Part shown: positions 25,102-32,323 of the stretch, in pieces
Layout: the number at the start of each line of letters is the position of its first letter
Position numbering within the stretch: the stretch's first letter is position 1
DNA from: an uncultured bacterium
GTDB taxonomy: Bacteria; Planctomycetota; Phycisphaerae; Phycisphaerales; UBA1924
Direction: 5' to 3'
Length of the DNA stretch: 49,619 bases
Assembly (NCBI GenBank): GCA_938003595.1
Contig: CALKYH010000117.1
Span: 1-49,619 of the forward strand
Notes under the pieces: model-generated
The model's input: only the letters and a program-made list of their open reading frames with translations
What the model was told of the DNA's origin: nothing
Databases searched by the model: none
Translations under genes and position numbers: made by a program

Positions 25102-26232
25102 TCAACCCGGGGTCGAACCTGAGTCCAATAGGAAAGAAGAGACCGAAAAAGATCCGTCTGCGGGGCCCAGGGCCGCGAAGGACTCCACCATGGCGGACCG
25201 GTCCTGGGGGGATCTCAGCAGGTGCAGAATCCTGGCCCCGGCCCCCTGAAGGTTGTCAGCAGGGTCGATGCAATCGGTTTCGATGAGGGCGGCGCGATTC
25301 TGGGCAAGCGGCGCGGCGTTGGCGCGCTGGTGGCCGTCCTTATGAAAGGGGTAGGGGAGGAACACCGTGGGGGTGGCGCTGGCCCAGGCCTCTCCGACCG
25401 AGCCGGCGCCGCAGCGGGAGACGGCGAAGCTCGCCGCGCCCCAGGCGCTGGCCATGTCGCGGCAGAAGGGGGTGACGACGGCGGGCACGCCGGCGCGGGC
25501 GTAGGCGGCGACGAGCGCGGGCTCGGCGCCGGCGCCGCACTGGTGCAGGACCTGCCACCCGCGGAACGCCCCGGCGTGGCGTGTGACGAGGGCGTCCATC
25601 AGTTCGTTGATGGTGCGCGCGCCCTGGCTGGCGCCGGTGACGAACAGCGTGTCGAGGTTGGGGCTCAGGCCCAGGCGGGCGCGGCACTCCTGCGCCGTGC
25701 CCTGCGGCACGGCGGCGCGGCGCACGACGGGGCGGATGCGCCGCCAGTCTGCGGGCACTTCGGGGCCGTCGGGGCTGAAGACGGCGTCGGCCTTGCGCGC
25801 CAGCAGACGGCTGGCCTTGCCGGGGACGGCGTCGAGGTTCACCAGGGCGGTGCGCAGGTCGAGCGCACGCGCGGCGGCGGCGGCGGGGGGGCAGACGAAC
25901 CCGCCGAAGGAGACGAGCCACGCCTGCGTGGGATCGGCGCCGTTGAGCGCTTTGACGATGGCGTCGGCGCTGATGCGGACCGCGTCGCGCCAGCCGAGCG
26001 CGAAGCGGAGCAGCGGCATCGGGCGGGCGATGAAGGGGCGCGCGGGGACGGCGGTGAAGGGGACCGACTCGGCGCGGAGGATCTCGGCGTCCAGCGGGCG
26101 GGTGGAGCAGATGAAGTGGCAGCGAGCGTCGGGCGAGGCCTCACGGATGCGTTCGGCGACGGCCAGCGCGGGGTAGATGTGCCCGCCGGTGCCGCCGCCG
26201 GCGAAGACGAAGACGCGCGGCGGAACGGCCAT
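25102..26232 (-). CDS. murG: UDP-N-acetylglucosamine--N-acetylmuramyl-(pentapeptide) pyrophosphoryl-undecaprenol GlcNAc transferase
   Basis: N-terminal VFVFAGGGTGGHIYPALAVAE (G-loop 1), later LFVTGASQGARTINE and CGAGSVGEAWA...LPYPF..DGHQ..NA. 376 aa. The start lies 4 nt after the ftsW stop. Confidence 0.92.
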   Translation of the reverse strand: MAVPPRVFVFAGGGTGGHIYPALAVAERIREASPDARCHFICSTRPLDAEILRAESVPFTAVPARPFIARPMPLLRFALGWRDAVRISADAIVKALNGADPTQAWLVSFGGFVCPPAAAAARALDLRTALVNLDAVPGKASRLLARKADAVFSPDGPEVPADWRRIRPVVRRAAVPQGTAQECRARLGLSPNLDTLFVTGASQGARTINELMDALVTRHAGAFRGWQVLHQCGAGAEPALVAAYARAGVPAVVTPFCRDMASAWGAASFAVSRCGAGSVGEAWASATPTVFLPYPFHKDGHQRANAAPLAQNRAALIETDCIDPADNLQGAGARILHLLRSPQDRSAMVESFAALGPADGSFSVSSFLLDSGSTPG

Positions 26233-26236
26233 GGTG

Positions 26237-27481
26237 TTAGACGGCCACCGGTTCGCGGGACTCGGCGATCGATTCGCTCGGCGCGGCGGCCTCGACCCGG
26301 CGCGAGATGCGCTCGCTCGGTCGGCCGGACCAGTGCACCTCGTCGCGGTCGAGCGAGATCAGCAGGCCCAGCGAGAACGCCGTGAGGATCCAGCCCGTGC
26401 CGCCGGAGGACAGCAGGGGCAGGGCGATGCCCTTGGTCGGGCCCAGCCCGGTCACGACGCCGATGTTGATCACCGCCTGGATGCCCACGGTCGCGAGCAC
26501 GCCGATGCCCAGCAGCCGGGCGGCGGCGGCGGACTCGGGCAGGCGCCGGATGATCGACCAGCCGCCCCAGAGGATGCCCAGGTACAGGGCGATGATCGTC
26601 GCGGCGCCGAAGACGCCGAGTTCTTCACAGATGACGGCGAAGAGGAAGTCGGTGCGGTCCTCGGGGAGGTAGCCGAACTTCTGCAGGCCGAAGCCCAGGC
26701 CTCGCCCGAACACCTGGCCGTTCGCGACGGCCACCATGGACTGGATCATGTGGTAGCCGGCGCCGTCGGGCTCTTCATAGGGATTGAGGAAGGTGACCAG
26801 GCGCTGCATGCGGTAGGGGCTGGTGATGACCGCGGCGACCAGGCCCAGCAGCGCCGGCGGCACGAAGAGCCCCAGGTGAATGAAGCGCGCGCCGGAGGCG
26901 AGCAGGATGACGGCGCCCGCGGCGAGCATGAGCACGCCGGTGCCGAGGTCTTCGAGGGTGACCAGCGCCGCGGGCACGCCGACGAGGATGAGCGCGGGGA
27001 GCAGGCGGGAGAACTTCGCCATGCGCTGGGGCCCCTGCCACGCGCAGTAGAGGGCCAGGAGGATGACGGCGCCCCACTTGGCGAGTTCGCTGGGCTGAAG
27101 GCTGCCGGCGACGGGGACATGGATCCAGCGGCTGGAGCCGTTGACGGTGCGTCCGAGGCCCGGGACATAGACAAGCATCAGCCACCCGGCCAGAAGGACG
27201 AGGGCGACGACGAAGAAGGGGTGGATGGCGCCGGTGGGGCCGTGTCGATCGGGGGAGCCGAGGCGGCGGGTGTCGAGGATCTCGATGGAGCGGAGCCGGG
27301 CCGCGGCGATCATGGCGACGAGCGCCAGCGCCATGTAGGCGGTGGAGCGGGAGATGACGATGGACTGGAAGGTGACGGCCTTGGTGTCCTCGACGCTCAT
27401 GCCGGCGGAGGAGACCATGACGACGCCGATGCAGAGCAGGCCGAGGACGCAGAGGGCGATGATCTGACTGGGTCGGGGCAT
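26237..27481 (-). CDS. ftsW: SEDS-family peptidoglycan glycosyltransferase (FtsW/RodA/SpoVE)
   Basis: 414 aa with about 10 TM segments. Family motifs: GSSRWIHVPVAGSLQPSELAKW, LEDLGTGVLM, PEDRTDFLFAVICEELG, GLGPTKGIALPLLSSGGT. Called ftsW rather than rodA only because of its position directly upstream of murG. Confidence 0.88.
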   Translation of the reverse strand: MPRPSQIIALCVLGLLCIGVVMVSSAGMSVEDTKAVTFQSIVISRSTAYMALALVAMIAAARLRSIEILDTRRLGSPDRHGPTGAIHPFFVVALVLLAGWLMLVYVPGLGRTVNGSSRWIHVPVAGSLQPSELAKWGAVILLALYCAWQGPQRMAKFSRLLPALILVGVPAALVTLEDLGTGVLMLAAGAVILLASGARFIHLGLFVPPALLGLVAAVITSPYRMQRLVTFLNPYEEPDGAGYHMIQSMVAVANGQVFGRGLGFGLQKFGYLPEDRTDFLFAVICEELGVFGAATIIALYLGILWGGWSIIRRLPESAAAARLLGIGVLATVGIQAVINIGVVTGLGPTKGIALPLLSSGGTGWILTAFSLGLLISLDRDEVHWSGRPSERISRRVEAAAPSESIAESREPVAV

Positions 27482-27644
27482 GGTGTGGGGTAAGGATCGG
27501 CTGGGGAAGGGGTTGGGGAGCAGAAACGGAGGGCGCGAGGCGCGACCGTGGGCGAGCGTGCACCTCCCGTCGCCCCATCGGGGCGGGAAGACGGCTAGCT
27601 CCCTTACGGTCGCGTCTCGTGGTTGCGTTGGTGGGGGCGCTGGC

Positions 27645-27676
27645 GCGACCGTGCCGAGCCACGGTCACGGGCACGG
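27645..27676. repeat. 32-nt hairpin-forming intergenic element, copy A
   Basis: GCGACCGTGCCGAGCCACGGTCACGGGCACGG is 30/32 identical to copy B at 32284-32315. It contains GACCGTG/CACGGTC and CCGTGCC/GGCACGG as alternative stems plus three tandem CACGG units. It lies 18 nt downstream (minus strand) of the stop at 27694. Confidence 0.6.
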
Positions 27677-27693
27677 TTGTCTCGACGCGCTGC

Positions 27694-28530
27694 TTACTCG
27701 CAGCTCGTGTTGAACGCGCTCAGGACATGGTTCAGGTCCTGGAAGCTGTACTGGCCGTTGAAGTCGGACAGGATGAGGTTCAGGTCCTCGAAGTCCACAT
27801 CCAGGTCGCCGTCGTAGTCTCCGGCGCAGGCGCTGGTGGTGATGGCGGTGCCGACGATCACGCCCGTGAACTGCAGGGTGATCTTCAGGTCGTCGCCGAA
27901 GAAGACCATCTCCAGCGCCACGGGGATGGTGAGGGTGTCGAAGTTCACCTGCGCGACGAGCGAGCCATGGGTGGTGGAGGTGTTGTCGAACGGCGCCGCG
28001 GCGGTGAGTTCGATGAGCGGGGGGCTGCCGGTGTTGAGGTTGGCGACGCCGTCGAGGATGGTCCAGACGGTGCCGGTGGGGGTGAAAGTCTGGTTGCCGG
28101 CCGGGCCGCTGAGCGTGTGAGCGGCGCTGTCCTGGATGCGGAAGACCATGTCGCGCAGGATGCTGCGCAGGTCCAGCCCGAGGGTGGGCTGGGTGGCGTA
28201 CTCGATGGCGAAGTCGGCGGGCTCGGGGTTGTTGGGCGCGCTCTTGGAGCCGGGGAGGTAGCTGTCGTGCTGCTGGGCGCGGATGAGCGATGAGCCGAGG
28301 AACTCGATCGTGCCGGAGGTCACATCGGCGTCCACCGTGCCCATGAGTTCGGCGGTGAAGCCGTTGGGGGAGATGGCGATGGCCGCGTAGCTGGTGGTCC
28401 CCCCGAGAAGGACATTGCCGGAGGTGATGGTCAGGTGGCTCTCGCCGGGGTCGATGTTGAAGGTCGTCGTGCCGGCGAGGGCCGGGGTCACGAGGGCGGC
28501 GGCGCAAACGACGGGCGCGAACGAACGCAT
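27694..28530 (-). CDS. Small secreted protein with C-terminal Cys-bracketed dockerin-like module
   Basis: ATG 28530 gives MRSFAPVVCAAALVTPALAG (signal); 278 aa. An alternative GTG at 28539 has AGGAGA 6 nt upstream. The body (TTFNIDPGESHLTITSGNVLLGG...) has no motif I recognise. C-terminus: CAGDYDGDLDVDFEDLNLILSDFNGQYSFQDLNHVLSAFNTSCE. Confidence 0.7.
   Translation of the reverse strand: MRSFAPVVCAAALVTPALAGTTTFNIDPGESHLTITSGNVLLGGTTSYAAIAISPNGFTAELMGTVDADVTSGTIEFLGSSLIRAQQHDSYLPGSKSAPNNPEPADFAIEYATQPTLGLDLRSILRDMVFRIQDSAAHTLSGPAGNQTFTPTGTVWTILDGVANLNTGSPPLIELTAAAPFDNTSTTHGSLVAQVNFDTLTIPVALEMVFFGDDLKITLQFTGVIVGTAITTSACAGDYDGDLDVDFEDLNLILSDFNGQYSFQDLNHVLSAFNTSCE
27697..27828 (-). other. Cys-bracketed dockerin-like module, second repeat degenerate
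   Basis: C-AGDYDGDLDVDFEDLNLILSDF-NGQ-YSFQDLNHVLSAF-NTS-C-E. The first repeat keeps the D-x-D-G-D-x-D loop. The second keeps only the F-x-DLN-x-x-L helix. Confidence 0.65.
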
Positions 28531-28652
28531 CGCGATCACGGGTTCTCTCCTTCCACGGCGAGGTTCAGCGAACCATGGTCCGGGGGCCGGCGGGGCGGGG
28601 CCCCGATCTCTCAGGACAGAATAGACCGAGATCCGGCCCGGGGAGAAGGAAA

Positions 28653-30272
28653 TTAATGCCGGAAATGGCGGACGCTGGTGATCAGGCAGGTCACGCCGCG
28701 GCTCTGGCAGAGGTCGATGGTGTCCTGATCGCGCTTGGAGCCGCCGGGGTGGACGAGCATGGTCACGCCCGCGTCGATCAGGACCTGGGGCCCGTCGGCG
28801 AAGGGGAAGAAGGCGTCGGACGCGGCGATGGCGCCCTTGGCGTGGGGGCCGGACTTCTGCACCGCGATGCGGCACGCCGAGACGCGGTCCACAGTGCCGC
28901 AGCCCTGGCCGAAGAGGCGGACGGTGTGGGGCTTCTCGGGGCAGTGGCCGCCGATGGCGACGGCGTTGGAGTTCAGGTGCTTGACGGTGGTCCAGACGAC
29001 GGCGGCGGCGGCGAGGCGCTCGGGCGTGGGCGCGGGGCCGGCGGCGTGTGTCCACTGCTCGGGCGCGGCGCTGCGGGTGTCGCGGTCCTGCACGAGCATG
29101 CCGCCGGGGATGGCGCGGTGGTCGAGCTTGCGCGCCGCGGCGCCGGCGCGTTCGCCGGTGGCGATGATGCGCACGGTGGACCAGCGGTTCTTGAGGTAGT
29201 CGAGCGCGTCGGGCTCGAAGGAGGGGGCGACGATGACCTCGAGGAAGACGCCCTCGGCGCCGAGGCGCTGCGCGGCGGGCAGGTCGATGGGGCGGTTGAC
29301 GGCGAGGATGCCGCCGTAGGCCGCGAGAGGATCGCCGACGAGCGCGCGATCGACGGCGTCGGCGACGGTGGGGGCGGTCGCGGCGCCGCAGGCGTTGCGG
29401 TGCTTGATGACGGCGGCGCCGACGCTGTCGCGGTCGAGGCGGCGGAGTTCCTTCACGAGTTCGAGCGCCGCGGCGGCGTCGAGGATGTTGTTGTACGAGA
29501 GGCGCTTGCCGTGAAGGAGTTCGGCGTTGACGACGGAGGGCCCGGTGGAGGCGGGGTCGCGGTAGAGCGCGGCGTCCTGGTGGGGGTTCTCGCCGTAGCG
29601 GAGGGCGTCGACCTTCAGGTAGGCCAGGCGGAGGACCTCGGGGAAGGGGTCGCCCGCGGCGCCGGACGCGCCGCCCCGGCGGGACAGGTACGAGGCGATG
29701 GCGGCGTCGTAGCCGGCGGTGCGCGAGAAGGCGCCGGCGGCCAGGTCGGCGCGGAGCTTGAGCGTGGTGGCGCCGTTGTGCTCGTTGATGATCGAGATCA
29801 CGCGGTCGTACTGCGTGGGGCTGGAGACGACGGCGACATAGGCGAAGTTCTTGGCGGCGGATCGCAGCATGGAGGGCCCGCCGATGTCGATCTGCTCGAC
29901 GGCCTCGGCGTGGTCCACATCGGGCTGGGCGACGGTGCGCTCGAAGGGGTAGAGGTTGACGCAGAGCAGGTCGATGGGCGCGATCTTGTGGTCGCGCATG
30001 GCCTTGGCGTGGTCGGGGTTGTCGCGGACGCCCAGCAGCGCGCCGTGCACGGCGGGGTGCAGCGTCTTGACGCGCCCGTCCATGATCTCGGGGAAGCCGG
30101 TGACGGCGTCGATGGGCGTGACGGGCACGCCGGCCTGCTCCAGGGCGCGGGCGGTGCCGCCGGTGGAGATGATCTCCACGCCTCGGTCGGACAGAGCGCG
30201 CGCGAAGGGCACCAGGTCGGACTTGTCCGACACGGAGATCAGGGCGCGGCGGACGGGGATGAGGTCGGGCAT
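28653..30272 (-). CDS. purH: Bifunctional AICAR formyltransferase / IMP cyclohydrolase
   Basis: From ATG 30272: MPDLIPVRRALISVSDKSDLVPFARALSDRGVEIISTGGTARAL...FPEIMDGRVKTLHP..HGALL...LLCVNLYPF...IDIGGPSMLRSAAKN...ASDAFFPF.DG...AG...HPGGS.RD; 539 aa. Confidence 0.95.
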   Translation of the reverse strand: MPDLIPVRRALISVSDKSDLVPFARALSDRGVEIISTGGTARALEQAGVPVTPIDAVTGFPEIMDGRVKTLHPAVHGALLGVRDNPDHAKAMRDHKIAPIDLLCVNLYPFERTVAQPDVDHAEAVEQIDIGGPSMLRSAAKNFAYVAVVSSPTQYDRVISIINEHNGATTLKLRADLAAGAFSRTAGYDAAIASYLSRRGGASGAAGDPFPEVLRLAYLKVDALRYGENPHQDAALYRDPASTGPSVVNAELLHGKRLSYNNILDAAAALELVKELRRLDRDSVGAAVIKHRNACGAATAPTVADAVDRALVGDPLAAYGGILAVNRPIDLPAAQRLGAEGVFLEVIVAPSFEPDALDYLKNRWSTVRIIATGERAGAAARKLDHRAIPGGMLVQDRDTRSAAPEQWTHAAGPAPTPERLAAAAVVWTTVKHLNSNAVAIGGHCPEKPHTVRLFGQGCGTVDRVSACRIAVQKSGPHAKGAIAASDAFFPFADGPQVLIDAGVTMLVHPGGSKRDQDTIDLCQSRGVTCLITSVRHFRH

Positions 30273-30283
30273 TGGCGGCGTGG

Positions 30284-31429
30284 TCAGAAGCGGGGGCCGA
30301 ACTTGGAGACCTTGCCGTCGGCGGTGACGGCGTAGATGGGGCCGTTGTCGAAGCCGTCGATCACGAGCTGCCAGATGCCCGGCAGCGTCACGCGGACGAC
30401 CTCGTCGCCGTTGGCGGGGTCGAGGGCCACGGCGTCGGCGCCGTCCCAGGCGATGAGACGGCCGTCGCGGACGCCGAGGATCTCGCCGGAGACTTCCTTG
30501 GCGGTCCAGATCTCGTCGCCGCTCATGGCGTCGAAGCACACCATGCCCCGCATCGGGATGGAGACATAGAGCCGGCCGTTGTGGAACGCGGGCTGATCGG
30601 TGATGGGGCGCTCGTTGCGGCTGCGCCAGTCGAGGGAGCCGTCGGACAGGCGGAAGGCGTAGACGGACTGATCGGTGGAGGCGACGAACAGGTGGCTGTC
30701 GCTCGCGACCGGGTTGTTCTGCAGCGGGCCGTAGACGCGGCTGCGCCCGTAGGAGGAGCCGTCGATCGGGTCGAGGATGATGACATCGCCGCCCTGGCTC
30801 ACGACGCCCACCGTGCCCGCGGCGAGGACGGGGAAGGCCTTGATCGCGCCGTCGAGCCGGTAACCCCACTGCTTGTAGGTGCTGAGGAGGTTGTGGCCGA
30901 GCACCTCGCCCGCGGCGCCGCCGAAGACGGCCATGTTGCCGACCAGCAGCGGGGGCGAGTCCACCACGATGGCGAGCTGATGGCGTTCGAGCGGCTCGCC
31001 GGTGCGGGCGTCGAGGACGAACAGCTCGCTCTGGCTCGCGGCGTAGACGCGGTCGTCGCGCCGGGCGTTGCCGACGAAGCGGGTGATCTTGCGCTCGGGC
31101 GAGGTGGCCCAGCGGCTGCGCCCGGTGTCGGCGTCCAGGCAGGTGAGGGTGTTGCCGGTGTCCTGGAAGAGGAGGATGTCGTTGGAGGGCGTGAAGAACA
31201 GCGAGCGCCCGCCGCGGGAGACGAGCCCGGAGCCGCGCCACTCGAGGCGGTAGCCCAGGGCGGCGTACTTCTCGAGCTCGGTCTGCGGCGCGGGCTTGTC
31301 GTCGGCGGCGACGGCGCGGACGGGCTTGTCGGAGGAGGCGTCGGTGGTCGCGGCCTTGTCGGAGCTGCAGCCGAGGGCGAGGCCCATGGAGAGCAGGAGC
31401 GCGCTGGGAAGGATGGCCTTGAGGTTCAT
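30284..31429 (-). CDS. PQQ-like beta-propeller lipoprotein (BamB-like)
   Basis: ATG 31429 gives MNLKAILPSALLLSMGLALG-C-SS (lipobox LALGC); 381 aa. Repeated blade motifs: LTCLDADTGRSRW, LFVLDARTGEPL, VIILDPIDGSS, VYAFRLSDGSLDW, VCFDAMSGDEIW, AVALDPANGDE. Confidence 0.8.
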   Translation of the reverse strand: MNLKAILPSALLLSMGLALGCSSDKAATTDASSDKPVRAVAADDKPAPQTELEKYAALGYRLEWRGSGLVSRGGRSLFFTPSNDILLFQDTGNTLTCLDADTGRSRWATSPERKITRFVGNARRDDRVYAASQSELFVLDARTGEPLERHQLAIVVDSPPLLVGNMAVFGGAAGEVLGHNLLSTYKQWGYRLDGAIKAFPVLAAGTVGVVSQGGDVIILDPIDGSSYGRSRVYGPLQNNPVASDSHLFVASTDQSVYAFRLSDGSLDWRSRNERPITDQPAFHNGRLYVSIPMRGMVCFDAMSGDEIWTAKEVSGEILGVRDGRLIAWDGADAVALDPANGDEVVRVTLPGIWQLVIDGFDNGPIYAVTADGKVSKFGPRF

Positions 31430-31600
31430 GAATGAGTCTCCGTGGGGCGCGTCGGCGAGGTTCCGCGGACGAGGGGCGATCGAAGGGTCCCCGGGCAGGG
31501 GCAGGAGGCGGGGGCGGAGTATGGGTCGGCCCGTGCGGGGAGGCAAGGGAGGGGCCCGGGGCATGATGGTACGGGCCTTGGAGGGCCCTATGGTTGGCCC

Positions 31601-32218
31601 ATGTTCACCGGATTGGTGCAGGCGGTGGGGCGTGTCGCGGCGATCGAGCCGAACGCGCGGGGGGTGCGCCTGACGGTGGACCTGGGCGCCTGGGGCCACC
31701 GACCGGGGCTGGGGGATTCGATCAGCGTGTCTGGCTGCTGCCTGACGGTGGCCGCGGCGGGGGGCGCGAGCGTCTCGTTCGACCTGGTGCCCGAGACGCT
31801 GAGCAAGACCACGCTGGGCGGGCTCAGGCCCGGGAGCCGGGTGAATCTGGAGCACGCCTGCCGCGCCGATGCGCTGATGGGCGGGCACATTGTTCAAGGG
31901 CATGTGGACGGCGTGGGCGAGGTGGTGCGGGTGCAGGACAACCCGGAGGACTGGCGCGTCGTGGTGCGCCCGCCGGGCGGCCCCCGGGGGTTCATGGAGT
32001 GGGTGTCGCCCAAGGGATCGGTGACGATCGAGGGCGTGTCGCTGACGGTGGCCGAGCTGGATGTGGAGCGGGGCGAGTTCGGCGTGGCGCTGATCCCCGT
32101 GACGCTGGAGGCGACGACGCTGCGCGACCTGCGCGCGGGGTCAGCGGTGAACCTCGAGGGGGATGTGATCGCCAAGACGGTGGTGCACTGGATGAGGCAC
32201 TACGCGGGGCGGGGGTGA
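31601..32218 (+). CDS. ribE: Riboflavin synthase (alpha chain)
   Basis: Canonical N-terminus MFTGLVQAVGRV at ATG 31601. Internal duplication with GDSISVSGCCLTV and KGSVTIEGVSLTV; MGGHIVQGHVDG; 205 aa. Confidence 0.9.
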   Translation: MFTGLVQAVGRVAAIEPNARGVRLTVDLGAWGHRPGLGDSISVSGCCLTVAAAGGASVSFDLVPETLSKTTLGGLRPGSRVNLEHACRADALMGGHIVQGHVDGVGEVVRVQDNPEDWRVVVRPPGGPRGFMEWVSPKGSVTIEGVSLTVAELDVERGEFGVALIPVTLEATTLRDLRAGSAVNLEGDVIAKTVVHWMRHYAGRG

Positions 32219-32283
32219 CGCGAGATGGCGCCGTGCCATCGACCGCGGCTCGGAGCGGTCGATGACGAGGGGTCCGATGGTCC

Positions 32284-32315
32284 GCGACCGTGCAGGGCCA
32301 CGGTCACGGGCACGG
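32284..32315. repeat. 32-nt hairpin-forming intergenic element, copy B
   Basis: GCGACCGTGCAGGGCCACGGTCACGGGCACGG. Both differences from copy A fall in the loop of the GUGACCGUG/CACGGUCGC stem. It lies between the convergent ribE stop (32218) and zwf stop (32324), 9 nt downstream of the zwf stop on the minus strand. Confidence 0.6.
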
Positions 32316-32323
32316 CTGCTGGA

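Noticed and set aside
28560-28650. Long imperfect inverted repeat (…GATCTC-TCAGGACAGAATAGACC-GAGATC…) after the purH stop
   Set aside because: Only 6 bp pair cleanly; the extensions need bulges. There is no U-tract and no second copy, so it is too weak to call.
31430-31600. FMN (RFN) riboswitch expected upstream of a riboflavin gene
   Set aside because: The 170-nt spacer lacks the conserved RFN core strings I remember (e.g. GGGGCAGGGTGAAATTCC..., CCGACGGT.AAAGTCCGGA). ribE is also alone, without ribD/ribBA/ribH. An Infernal scan would settle it.
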